A DNA stretch of 64,000 bases, from assembly GCA_964035545.1 (NCBI GenBank), contig OZ037765.1, forward strand, positions 28,581,504 to 28,645,503. The letters run 5' to 3'. Below are positions 48,431-62,540 of the stretch, piece by piece. The notes beneath the pieces are model-generated. The model was given only the letters and a program-made list of their open reading frames with translations, searched no databases and had not been told where the DNA came from. The DNA is from Bugula neritina (Eukaryota; Animalia; Bryozoa). Numbering within the stretch: the first letter of the stretch is position 1; every line of letters starts with the position of its first letter. Made by a program: the position numbers and the translations under genes.

Positions 48431-49363
48431 ATTTGGAATGCGCATCTGATATCTCTATGTTTTTAGATTTAATATTTGAAAAATGAGTGGTTTTATTTGC
48501 TTTGCCTGAAAAGGTAGAAAATGTAGGCTAAGAGTAAGTGTTACAAAGGGCAGTTTTTCATCTTTAGAAAAAAACTCTTTACTTTTGAGGTATAAAAGAA
48601 ATGCATAAAAATGACAAATCTGTAACGCTGCATTGGTGGATTAATGAATTTTTGGAGGTACTGCTTTCATTTTTATTATAATATAAGAATAATATTATGT
48701 TCAAATTCTCCAATTTGACGTTTACCTGTACATCATTAAACATACTGAATTGTAATCTAATGAATCAATCAATTATTTTGTTACTAAGTTGATGTAACTT
48801 TTCAGTAAATGTAAAAAAATAATAATTTCTTCATTTTTTATGCTTGCTATCTTGTTGGGGAAGTTTAATTATATAAAGTATGGAGCCATTTCTATCAAAC
48901 ACACACTTGTCAGCCAATATAATTTTCAATGTATGAATACTAGTAGCATATTATGTCACCAAGTTTTTATTGCATACTGTGTTTGAGGTTTTGTAAATTT
49001 ACACATAAAATGAAATACAGAAGTCACAATTGATGCAATTCAATTATGGTCACCAGTAGCAACATTATATGATGTATGTCTAGCGAAATATGTCTTCAGA
49101 ATTGGATTAATATCTCGTCCATTTGAGGTAGTAGTAGAAATATTCTAGCAGATTCTATTAGGCTCTTAAAACACCTTAGTTTTACAGATTTCAAGTGTGC
49201 TGCACTTTGAGTCAGTTTACTGCTACTATTTACTTTTATGTTTTTTCTATAATGAAAATACATTTAACTTATACACTAATAATCACGATTTTTTTTGAAA
49301 ATTAGGCATGTGCTTTATATTGGGAAATATAATATATAGTATTTATATTTTTAGGTTCTCATC

Positions 49364-52223
49364 ATGAGTTCAGCTAATCAGTTAGTTTCAAAAACAGTCA
49401 CAAGAACCCTGTTGGCAGTCTTTTCAAGTCGGATTTCTCATTGTGAGAGACGATTGTTTTGCAATAAATTCTTGTATCCCATCAGTCATGAGCAACCAAG
49501 TAAGTGGAAAACTAAACTAATGACATAAACTTGAAAGTTGTTCTCAGTTAGAGTTTTATTTATCCAATTTCTTGTCTTGTTGTTAGTTTTCAAGAACTTA
49601 TCTGGAAGACTTTCTGTTTCGAGTAAATTTTTACCCAGGTATGTATTATTTGCTGTTTTTCAGCCATAAATACATAATATGATGAAAATTAAGAAAAGTG
49701 CTGGTTAACTTCAGTAGCTAGAATAGAATATTTAAAAGAAACTTTTCTTTTAAATGGTGAGTGATTTTTTACATAAATGTTGGATAGTTTGTATTTATCA
49801 ATGTGGTTCAGTATAATCAAATTGTTTTGAAGTCAGATGCGAACTTTTGGAGTGTGAATGTTTGTATAATACCTTCAAAAATATTAGGATTTGTAATTCT
49901 TATTAATAGATAAACTACTTCATCTGGTTTTTTCACAGCTCTTGGTATTTTTGTAGATGCATTGCAATGTTCTCTGTTACTCATTTTATTAGGAATAATA
50001 AATTGGCTAGAATGATTATTTTTCTGAATTTATTGCTGTGTTTTTTTACTAGGAGTCTTCAAGAAAATAGACATTTCACATTTTCAATTAGCAAAATATA
50101 TAACTATGTACAATGCCTTTTGCTGTTTTTCTCAACAAAACTTTGAAACATTGTCGGAAAGATCAACAAAGATTTAAAAATAAAGAGCTCTGATTTTCGT
50201 TTTAGCCTTTCAAAGCGTTTCTATTCTGATGATGCCAAATTGAACTCAACAAATGAGCACTTCATCATCCTTCGGGGTATTCCGTTTGAAATGACAGAAC
50301 AGCATGTTGTTGATTTCCTAAAAGGTTTGGCTTATATCATTCAAACATTAAGCTCTCCTCAAGTTTCTTTTATTTTTCCATTAACTTTCAATATTTTGAA
50401 GGAAAAACAGTTTTTTATAATAGACTAATAACTGTTCTGCTACTAATGTACAGGTGAAGATGTTGAACCAGTCAATGGTGCCAAAGGAATAACATTTATG
50501 CTAAACCTATCAGGATTGAGGACAAGCACTACCTTTGTACAACTGAATAGTCGGAGTGATGTTGATAAAGCTAAACTTCTACACCACAAATACATGGGAG
50601 ATCGTTATGTAGAAGGTTTGTAGTCGTTACACAGAGGGTCGGTAGTGAAAAATTTGCCAACTTATCTACCCCTATATCAGGCTTCAATAATTATAATTGA
50701 GTTACATATTCTTATGTCGAAGGACCTTGGTTTTATTACAATTTGAAGTGTTTTTTGAGCCAATCTAAAACTAACTCAAAATGCACACTAAAGGTGACTT
50801 TTATGTATGTTTTGTGAGTATAATGATCGATATACTATATTATAGGCTTATAGCTTTCAGCAATCATTTATTGCCTAAAAGTGAGTGAAAGTGAAAAGTA
50901 GGATTTCTTGATTTTTGTATAAGAGTTCCTGATAGGTCAACTGATAGCAATTTGCTGATCTCCCTTCATGTTATACATATGATCTTATCTTGTGTTGAAC
51001 TGCGATTATAGATGTCGTGTATTTCATTACTTTCCTGGTTGAAATATAATATAGTACCACTTACTGCGTGTGCTAATTATGCATTAATATGGTATTACGG
51101 GCATCTTTCATTTCTTCCCTAGTGTTTAGATCAGACCTAGCCAACCTAGAAAAAGATCTTGTAAAAGCACCTGAACCTATCAGAAGTGCAACTGGGCACG
51201 CAGTTCACATGGTTTCTATCCCCCAGCACACCAGTCAAGAAGTTTGTATTAATTTTATTTAAATATTATCTATTTTACTTGAATAACAAGTCTTTATAAA
51301 AAAATTAATTGTTTGAATATTTTGAGCTAGCCTGGAGATGTGTTGTGCTTAGGTTTCAACACCTCCTATACACATGAGATTGTGGGAGCACTAGGGCCTA
51401 TTACTGTGTTTATTGGCTGGTAACTTTGTGGCAAGTTGCTTGTATTTCATGTCTTGCAGGACATAAAGCAATTTTTTGCACCTTTACAAGTTGCAAAAGT
51501 AGAGACACGACTAATAAAAAGACCGAATTGGCAGACACACAAAGCCTTTGTGGACTTCCACAGTCATGCAGATGCTGTGGCTGCTGTTGAAAAGACTAGA
51601 CAAGAAATTTGTAAGTTTTTTGTTTCAACTCCAAAACTTTAAAAATAGTAGAAATGTTAAATTTTATTCTTATTGATGTATGTAGAACATGATGCTGGTA
51701 TAATCTTTCCTTTAAATACAGGGCTTATACTATTGCAGTGAAGTTGAATTCATTGGTAGTTGTGCTCTCACGAATTGAGAATAAACTAGTGAGCAGGATT
51801 GGAAATTATTCATAATTGCATCTTTAATGAAACATTTTTGCTGAAATAAGTTCAGTATATTAGTTTCTGCTAGATTGCATAATTTCCTGAGTGTAAATAA
51901 TTATCTTATGCATGGTTTTCTCTGAGTCCAAGTTTGTAAATAATAGATTTAGTGGTACAGTTTCTTATTAAAATAAAGTTTAGAAATGTTTGGTGTAGCA
52001 AATGACTGTCATGAATTCTCAGTTTCAAGAGAATTGCTAAATTCCCGTATAAAATAAGCTTCGACACTGTTGAACTAATGACTCATATTGTCATATACTG
52101 AAAATTATACTTGTAGGTGAAATGAAAGTCACTCTGAAATTAGTTTCATATGATGGTACATGCACAGCATATAACCAAGAAGAGGATAGCATAGTTGAGA
52201 GTAAACCAGATGTTCAAGATTAA
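49364..52223 (+). CDS. Divergent hnRNP F/H paralogue with predicted mitochondrial presequence and two qRRMs (~281 aa; GRSF1-like)
   Basis: Exons 49364-49499, 49587-49638, 50206-50324, 50454-50615, 51123-51241, 51460-51610, 52117-52223 join in frame. N-terminal ~69 aa rich in R/K/S/L with 2 acidic residues, ending KRFY|SDD; FIILRGIPF...YMGDRYVEVFRS; TGHAVHM...DIKQFFAPL...AFVDFHSHADAVAAV. Confidence 0.82.
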
Positions 52224-52915
52224 AATTGGTCAATTCCCTTCCATTTTTTAAATAAAAGTAAACATGCCAAAACAGTTGCTCTAGTTAGTTTTATTTAATA
52301 ATAATCATTTTGTTTAATATTTTCAATTTAATCTCACCATTGACTATGTTTATTTTTTATTATTTCACAAATAAATACAGCCTAATTAGGCTAATGGTAT
52401 CATTTTATTACAGAAATAAACAACTATAAGACTACTCACACTTCTATATAATATACTTATAAGGCAGTCAGAAAAATAATGTATAGTTAGATTTTCAATT
52501 AGCAAAATTAATAAATAGAGTTGCCTGAATACTGTGTAACTCAACATAATAACCATTATCAGTTTTCAACAGCTGTTGGATGGGACAAAATATTTTGGTC
52601 TAACTTCTACCAAACCCTAAAGCTACTAGTGTATTTGTAGTGAGAAATCTTAAGCAAAATATGCATTGAGTTACTAACCACAAAATTGGCTACTACCATT
52701 GTTAGTTCTGAAGCAGAGAGAGCATGTGGCAAAAAGAATGGGGATAACCACAAGCTGGTTACATAGAGCCTACATAAATTGATGGTAACCCAAATTCAAT
52801 TCTAGAAAAGGGCTTATTTAAAAAACCCGCGAAGATGTGCACAAAAATTCTAGCAAATTTTCACTGGCTTCCCTTGGTTTGACATTTAAATATAGCACAG
52901 TAGTTGATAGAGATT

Positions 52916-55900
52916 TCATTGCTCAGTTCCATAACTTGTTAGTCTGCCCCAAGTCTCGCTGGCCATACTGCGAGAGCAAGCTGATATGGCCGTAAAAAGC
53001 TTTGCAAAACCAGTCTCTCTTGGTCTTTCCAGTCCTCGCATTAGACGCCTCTTCATCACCGCTACAAACTCCTTGTTACTTAATTTCTCATCATCTACAA
53101 TAATCACAAAAAGTAATTTACTACTAAAATTGAAGGTCTTCTAACACCTCCAACTATTTCTATCATTAGAAAGCTTGAGAATCACTCATTTTATTTTAAA
53201 ACAAAATTAAGTTGTTCATATCACTAGATTATACACGATCCAGGAAGGCAGTGCTGTCCAATAAATGTATTACTCATATCTAGCTTTACCTTTATAATAC
53301 CTTCTCTAACGATTTTTCTTCATAAAAATAATATTTTCAAGTTTAATAATATAATTACCAAGCTACAGCAATCTGTAAACACTATTCTTTCTCAAGACAA
53401 CCAATCCAAATACTTTCTGGCTTTTGCAAGCTTATTCAATGCACAAGGCAAAAAAATGAAAACCCAATTACTTTAAACATTATCTCGATTAAAACTCCTA
53501 CAACTCCTACACCAGTGCTACATGTTGACCATCAAGTTTTAGTATTATTTCAAGACAACTCATGACAGTACCACCAGAAACTAATGAAATAAAACAGCCC
53601 GAGCTAATCTCCTTTTTCAATGAGTGAAAAAACTTACTGTTGTCATCAAAGATAGCAAATACTACGTCCACAAGATGGTCGGTTAGTTGAACTTTAGCAA
53701 CAGTTTTGGCCACGTGCTTTAGTGTGGGCTTATCTATTGCGGCCCCTGCCACATGATAAAATGTCAAGGCGGTGTCTATTTCATTTATACTCTTCAAGAC
53801 TTGAGCAAAATCATAATATTCTTGGAAGGTGATGCCCTGCAAATAATCATAATTCAATACACTTATATTCTATTGCATGTAGAGCTCAGATATTTCTTAA
53901 ATCTAAGCGTACATCACTTGTATAATTTTCAGCAAAACTTTTTGCTATGTCAGAGCAAAATTTGTAAATTCTATAAAAGAAAGTTCAATATGCTAAACAA
54001 ATTATTGGGAAGCAGACTATTTTCCTTCCAACATACTTAGAAGGTAAAAAATGAATTATTTTTTAAGAAAATAACTCCAAAATTTATATAAATAAACTTA
54101 TGGCACAACTATATTACAAGATATATTATCACAGGTCCATAAATATTAATTGATATACTACTGATTTATAAAGCATTTTACTTTTCACTAAAAATTAATT
54201 AGTTTACACCAAACTTCTGTTAATAAGTGTCTCTATTGTGTCTAGTTGTAGGATGACTATCGTGGTAACACTCACTATTAAAATCCAACAATTTTGTGCT
54301 TTCAGGGAAATTCACTCAATATATAGCATTATATTACACTACCAAGACTCAAAAATGAATACCTTTTAACAGATATTCAACACAGTTTGCTACTAAAAAG
54401 AATTTTATATTGTTCTATTTTAACCAGTTAATTTTATAAAATATTTGACAATTACATGAAGACTAGTTGATCAGCTCTTAAGAGTTGTGCTCTACTAGCA
54501 AGAATTGGAAAAGATAATAGAACCGAATGTTTCAAACTTTCTTATAATTAAATTGTTTCCTCACTCGTCTGCACACGCTAATTCTCTTCTGGTCTGAGAC
54601 GCCAGCATAGAGTAAAATCTGATTGGCGAAATCTCTTTCGCTAATCGTCTCGGCATCTCCTTCCTGTTCAGCTACTTCGTGAAACTGTCAAACAACATTA
54701 TAGAATTCATAGCCCAGCTAACTATAAACTACAATATGAATGCAAGAAGACATCAAGGTGTATTAGAGATAAGGATGTATATCTAATCAAAAGGAAACGG
54801 AATTTTGTGCTGTAACTCTTTAAACTGCTGCAAAGCATAGTTATAGTTAAAACTTTATCTTTAGACAAAAAATAACATTTTCCGCTAGTGCAGAGCTAAA
54901 ACACAATGCTTACATGAAATCGTTTCTAAAAAGCCAATGATATTGATATACCTGCAGCAGTTGGAAAGAAACACGCAGATTTTTCACGAGACAAATAATT
55001 TGAGTGGTATAAAGACTCAAACTGTGTAGATCAAAACTTGATTAAAATTATTTATAAGTTTCCAGCTGACTGGTTTTTGACTTGAAGAACATATATCAAG
55101 ACAGAAGAAAATAGCATACATCGTTGATTAAAAAATTGATATATTGTGAAATTGTGTTATAATCTTTTAATCTTTATCTCCCCTGTAAAGTTAAATGAGT
55201 ATAGAGTTGTCTCACCTCTATCCACAAGATCTCGTCGTGAATATCTTTGTGAAACTGAATAAACTTTTGGTAAGGTAACTTCTGATCAAGTTGGTCACCA
55301 AAAAAGTACTTGCTGAGAGCGCCATTAGAGTCAGTTTTGATGACATTACCAGTAGTTGAATGATCTCTATGCCTTTGACCCACAGTAGTCCTTGACCTAA
55401 TTATCGACTGAACCTAAAGAAACATTATAAACATGAAAAGCTAACTACGTGATATGGTAAACAAATGGATATCAACAACCAATGTATTACAGCAATAACA
55501 CAATGAGAGAAACTTAGTCTTCTACGCCTTTCAGTATTTTTGTTTGTAAATGCATTTAATACTGCTCACTCTTTCATATTCAGCTTGATCCAAATTTCCA
55601 TCTCCATTGTCATCAAACATTTTAAATGCCAACTCAAACTGTTTCGGAGGAGCTACAAAAATGAAACTAATGACACAATAAAACTTTGTCACAACCAAAA
55701 ATGGCTCACTATCATTTGAAGCCTGCAGAGTAGAGCCTACAATGGTATTAGAAAAATCTGGCAAAACTTCAAGAAAGTCCTAATTGATAATTTCTTGTGA
55801 AAGAGTATCTTTTAAATAAGTTCGAATGCAGACTAGCTAGTTAAAGTTACTGATGTTTAGTTCGAACAAGAAACTGTAACAGAACTTCCACTATACTTTA

Positions 55901-58900
55901 GAACATTAATGACACAAATTCTAAATATAATTCATTAAACAAAATGATAACACATGAGCTCTTAACTTTTAGTTATGAATATATTACTCAAGAGTTGGAC
56001 ACTATAGGAGATTGAAAAGACATGTTGACTACTTTTGGAAAAAATGTTGCCGCAGCCAATTTTATGACTCAGCATTGAAAGTGAGAATGATAAGATTTCC
56101 CATAATAGAACTTACTTGATAGTAGAGTTAGAAGAAGGATATAGTCTGAGAAAGATATGAGACCATGTGTCTCAAGATGGTAGAAAATGCTGTTTTTCCT
56201 CAACTTTAGCGATGAATCCTATAAGATTACGTATATTACTATAGTACAGTAAAGTAACAATGTATGGTATACATGTATATTTGACATGGACGCACACAGA
56301 GAGAGTAATATTGCAACAGATCAGGCCATGTACAAGTAGAAAGAATATCATCTTATTAAGAAAGCGTAAGCATTTGAAGAACATGTACAAACTAGCGGGT
56401 GGAAATTATGACAGGTTACAGAATGAAGTGCCGAGCTGGAGGTACAGTGCATCAGCCTGAGTATGCAACTTCAAGTTACATGTTTAGAGGACAACTCCGT
56501 ATAACATATTTTATAGGATATTTGAAAGAGAGGCGCCAGGCGAGATTTCAATCTGCAGAATTCGGACACCAAACACCTCAGGCTAGTAGCCAGTAAATCT
56601 AATGGTATTACACATGCGTGAATAGAAGCCTGGACAGAGAACAACCTAAAAAACTAGACTAACAAAAATTCCAGTATCTTATGTTTATATACTGCACAGA
56701 AAGGATTTAATATGAAAAATTCCCACAACTGATTTATATGAAATGGCATTTACAAGTTAGAAATATCAATGGAAGGGTAATTACAGTGTATAAAACTGTC
56801 AACATAATATCAATAGAAAATTAGTATTATATGCTGTGTATAAATCTAAACAATGTGGAATATATATCAACTATTTACTTAACTAAACACGTGTCAAGGC
56901 AATGCACACATGCATATGATTGGGTGAGTTCTAAATGTATGTCACATTGTTATTAATGTAGCCATAACCAACAACTGCTGTAAGTTGAGCATTAATTAAA
57001 TTCAAAAGAACATTTCTCTATTACAAGAAAATAATAATTAGAGAGAATAATTTGATATCATTACACGGCTGATGTTATATTATGTTATTGTCTGTATCAT
57101 GGTATAAACTTTGCCAGACCTACAATGGTGATCAAAATGATGACAAGGTTACGATTTATATTGTTATTTACTGATTTGGTGATCCAAGGGTTCAAACCCC
57201 ATTATAAGCAAATGGGGTTTGAACCCTTGGATCACCATTAATAAATTATAATTTCACATTTGAAAGAGATATTTTTGTCCTGTTCAATGTCCTATTCAGA
57301 TATCTACACAGATAATGATTGCATGCAAATTTACAAAAAAAACCTCCAGCAATAAATGAGCAGCTTACTAATATGATAGATTTAGCAGAATAAAGCTGCC
57401 GTTAGTTTGGAGCATCAAACATTATTCTAGTGAGGAGCTACAGAAATATCATTTGTTTAAGAAATTATATTACCATATAATATGGTCTACTAATTAAGTT
57501 AGCAATGTATAGTAATAAGTTGTCCTAGGCGATGTAGAGCAGGTAGCACACCACTAGATACAACTACACGAGTAAAAGCCTCCATTGGCATAATAACCTC
57601 GAATTCTAACATCAACTCTAAAGGGAGGGGGCCACCACGCATCAAGTGAACAATCATTCAAAAGAAGTCAAGAGGGTCAATATGGTGTATACAAGCGCGT
57701 TAGCCAAAACTAAGCACCGCACAAAAACCCAGATTTCTTTAAGACAAAAACATTGTTGCCAAATTATGCAATACAAGAGTGTTACTGTCGCCAGTTCTAC
57801 ATCAAACTAGTATTATTAGAAAATGCTCTGCCTATGGTAAGCAAGTGGGTGATTTCAGTGGTCACAAGAAATCCACAATACAACCATATTCAGCAATGAT
57901 TGGCACAAACTAAAGCTGATATAAAGAGCCACTTAATTTATTAGTATACAGTAACCGTATTACCACCTTATACAGGGAATCCTTGAGCTAAAATGTACAG
58001 AAAAAAAACCTGATATCTCAATATGAAAGAACGAGATAAGCATATAACTGGGTTACTCTTACACTGTTGGTTTAACTGAATTCTACATTCTATCTCATGC
58101 CATTAAGTGATACTATGTCACTTAACCATATAGCAAGTTTTTATTAAAAATGGTGATGAGTAGTAGTCACATTGAATTGAAAAAGTGATGACCAGAAGAT
58201 TTACTATTGATAACATGTCTTTAATATGTAAAATATATGAAAGCTTACAGCTTAAAGCTGTAAAAGGGTTTATATTAAGCCTCCTATTCTCACAACTGGG
58301 CAGTGCTGATACAAAGGGTCAGATAATAGAGCTGAAGCTGTGAGACTGTAGAACTAATATATTATTGCGGGGAGTAAGTACTGTGAATTATAACAGAGCC
58401 ACTAGAAACACACTGTCAGCAGACTAGTTATGAAATTAGAGTGTGTAAATAATGATAATGGTGCACCTTACCACTGACAAAGAGTCGACCTGTAACACAC
58501 AACATGCATGGTTTAAGAACAGCATTACTTTATAGGAGAAACTGTCAACTCAATTCAAACTTCATGTCATTTCAGTTGTCTCAGTAACACAAAACAGAAT
58601 GTGATAATATGTCAAGCGTTGGTTTATAGCACACACAAACACTATGTTTCCACGGCTATGACTGCTCATTATATTAGAATTTAGATGGATTGAAAAAATA
58701 CAAGGTTCAATGACCCCCTCCAGAAAAGGCAACTCCAAATAAACCAGTGCATTAACTCCGCCCCCAATTATAAGCAACAGATGACGTCAACGCATAATGT
58801 AAACAAACATGGCTAACATTGGTTTAGTTTTAATCTCTGCTGTTTTTCATTATACATTTATTACTGTTAAATTAAATTTATTACACACCAAAATTTAGAC

Positions 58901-61107
58901 CTGTATTATTTCTGGTAATTTCAAGAAATTATTAAATATATTACGTGTGCATATGTGTAGGTTTAGCAATTTAGATGAAAAACAATAAGCCAAAATCTAT
59001 TGAGTTAAACATGTTAGAAATTAAGACACACGTCAGTTTTAAGCTTTGACTGATTATTATAATCATTATTTACAATCTTTAATTGTTTGCTGTCAAAACT
59101 GTTGACCCCTGTCTTTTCAATAGTATTAATTAAGCAATAGCAACCTGCTCCCATAAGCACTGCAAAAAGCCCTCCGAGTTTATTAATTTACTAAAGCAAG
59201 CTAGCACATGCAGGTTAAAGTCTCATTCTAACACAACCACTCCTATTGGTTGAACGATACAGATGAATCGCTAAATGGAAACATAGTGCACGAGTTTACT
59301 AATGCCTTATCAAACTATTAGGTTCTGAGACAATTTAAATGACTTAGGTTTGAATTGAGGTGACAGTCACTTTGAAAACGGTTACATATATACACAGAGG
59401 TGTAGCCATACTTCCGGGACATTATTTTACATGGGACACCTTCATCTTTCACATCATCCACAGCAGTAGATGATAGTTTGTAATATAAAGAGATAGAATG
59501 TAACAGTGAGCTATACATATCTATTCACTAGCCAAGCTACCTCTTGCTTTACATTGTCACTTTAGTTAAACATTCAACCAGGTCTTGCATTTAGGGGAGA
59601 CAGTAATTATAAGGTAACACAACTCATATTAAAATACTATATTCTTTTACCTCTGGATCAAACTTCTTGAACTTATCTAGCCCATATTCTACAACATAGT
59701 ATATATCAAATACTAACCAATGATTCTCGTAAGGGCAGATAACTTTTACATTACAAATCAAATAACTCATTAATTACGGATTTCATACTGGTACTTTGAA
59801 AGCATTTTAATGATATAGGTGTAGATAATAAATAGTTCACCTAAAATATGTGTAATTACTGTTGATTTCTAATTATTAAGCTGCCCTATCACAGTTGTGA
59901 AATTAAAAATCAAAATTAGTAAGGATTAAATATGATATTAATCTACTCAGGTTTCGATAGCAATAAACGACGTCTTTTTCTTTAGTAAGTGCAAGTTCAA
60001 TTGATTTAGATACAATGATGTTTGACATTGCAAGATATAAGCTGTTTTCCTGGTAATCACATTGACTAAAAAGTAGTAAAAAATCATCAGCTAATCAAAT
60101 GACAGAAAATATCAGATGCACCCAATATGTTAGCAAACATTTATCCACAAAGGTAAGGGTAGTGGTTGACTGCCCCTCACCCTCAGGCTGCAAGGAGCCA
60201 GGCATTAGAGACCTGACAAAGTCTTCAGGTGTCATGTATATCTCATGATTTCCATCCTCATGCTTCACCTTCAGAGTGGCAAAGTATCGGAATATCTTGT
60301 CGGGTGTAGAATAATTACGAATTCTATTCTCATATTCCATAATCTGTCAGAATAGACAACCACCAATTACCAACCATGTTGGACATAAGAAAAACAAGTA
60401 TAAACTAATAGCAGATATTATATATTAGAATACACACTCGTTTTTCCCGAAATGTTGTTTTCCTCTTCTTTTTCACTTCTGCCACAACCATTTCTTCTTC
60501 ATCGTCCTTTTGGGAGTCAGCAGCACCAACAATTTCTTTTTCTCGGGCCCCGACATCTATATCTAACCATTTAATGAAGGCAGTCCCTCTGCAAAGTCAG
60601 AATGTCAAGCTGTACTCATCCAGCAAAGTTTCAATAACACAGTATTATCCACAGCAGTGAAAACAAAAATTGTTTCAGTCACAAACGCGTGAAGACAAAC
60701 TAATTAAAACTACAAAAAATTAAGATCATTATGTTTTTTACTCGTGCCAACTAGCATATAAGTGCCCAAATAAAATAACACGGGGATAGAATGAAATCAT
60801 TAGAGGCAGATCAGTTGCAAAAACAAATCATGTATAAAATAATGACTTACTTGAACAAAATTAGCGTTGCAGTTCCTATCAGAAAACACGTGTACACTCG
60901 TTGGAGAAAACTGTTTGGCTTCGCTTTCTTTTGTTGAGAAAAACCATAGTATATACTTTTCCCGGAAGTTGATGGAGAAGCAGAAATGGTTCTAATTGCT
61001 GTAAGTTGATATGCGCTGTTGGTGAAGTCATAAACTTTTGTATGAGTTCGGCCTCTGGAGCACACAACACTCACAGAAGATCTCCATAAGGCCAATTTGC
61101 TAAGCAT
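52916..61107 (-). CDS. MICU1: Mitochondrial calcium uptake protein 1
   Basis: Exons 60851-61107, 60438-60588, 60181-60343, 59651-59688, 56116-56218, 55570-55652, 55216-55413, 54538-54684, 53638-53836, 52916-53094; presequence, KKKRK polybasic stretch, [35 protein letters not shown]-hands [14 protein letters not shown] and [24 protein letters not shown]. Confidence 0.95.
57177..57237. repeat. Perfect 27-bp inverted repeat with 7-nt loop in a MICU1 intron
   Basis: TGGTGATCCAAGGGTTCAAACCCCATT-ataagca-AATGGGGTTTGAACCCTTGGATCACCA. Confidence 0.92.
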
Positions 61108-61419
61108 TCTTAACTTCAAATGCTACAATATAATATATGGCACATGGTGGTGATTATTCAACATGGATGCTAGATTTGATACGGATGCTGAGACACCTTA
61201 AACTAGTAACTACACTTGTAACATGACACTGGTCAATGGTGTTGGATTTTATTTCTTGTACATACTGCAACTTAAAACACAAATGCTTCCTGAGTACATT
61301 TATAAGTACTTATAAAACCTCAATAAAAAATAATGTTTCATACAAGTTCAAGTGATATATGAAATATGAAATAAATGAAATATTTGGAATCATAACGATA
61401 AACTATCAATTAGAGGCAT

Positions 61420-62540
61420 ATATACTGTTATTACTATTAGACTTAGTATTACTATTACTATTATTATTAGTTCAATTATTACGCTCACTCTTTCTATTAG
61501 TATTAGCATTACTAACTAAGACATTTACTATTAGTATTACTATAAGTATTACTAATAGTAATACTAATAACATTATTAATACAAATAGCAACACTAATAG
61601 TAATATTAAAAGTAATACTATTATTGTATTATTAATACTAATAGTAATTCACTGATAGTAATTGAGTAATTACCAAGTATAATAGTAAATGTAATAGTAA
61701 CACTGATAGTGATAGGCTAATACTGTAATTTAATAGTAATACTATTAACTATAGTCATAATAGTGATAGTCTATATTTTATAACATTTACATTAACTTCA
61801 ACTTAAAGTAATAATTAACTAATTAAACTATCGCTATTCACTATAACTATGAGTATTACTATCAGCATCATTATCAGTATGTCTACAGACGCACTCACAG
61901 TCATAGTGATAGAGTCTATAATCTATAGAGTCTAATACTAATAGAGCCAGTTAGTGTTACTGTTAGTGTCCGTGTTAGATAAGACACTACAATAATTACA
62001 TTTACTGATTAGTGTGATTACTATGAGCATAACAGTGTAACTATCACTATAAGTATAAGTATAACATTAACTATAAGTATAAGTAGAAAGAAGTATACTA
62101 TTAATTATAACTATAAGTATAAGTATAGCTATAAGTTATAAGTATAACTATTACTATAACTATAAGTATATAACACTAACTATATAACTATAAGATAATA
62201 ACTAATAAGTATATTGTTATTAAAGTATAACTAATACTAATAGTATTACTGTAATACTAATAGTAATTAGTAATAGTAAATGTAATACTAATAGTAATAC
62301 TAATAGTAATAGTAATACTAAATACTAATAGTAATAGTAATACTAATAGTAATAGTAATACTAATAGTAATACTAATAGTAATACTTGATACTTATACTA
62401 ACTTAGTATGAATATTGCATTAAATAACTAAAATCATTATGCTTCAGTATAACAGCATGACAATCACTATTAGTATAATTTCTAAATTATTAGTATAAAA
62501 TTGAAGTATAGCTATAATTATTTTACTTTTAGCATAAGAT
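61420..62540. repeat. Degenerate (aatagt/aatact/ataagt)n tract
   Basis: Visible hexamer periodicity upstream of the MICU1 first coding exon. Confidence 0.85.

Noticed and set aside
58249-58257. 9-nt AG/GT-bounded segment in the MICU1 intron as a third microexon
   Set aside because: Reads CTT TAA GCT (stop) in the required phase and lies in a short palindrome; likely chance, though a poison exon is not excluded.
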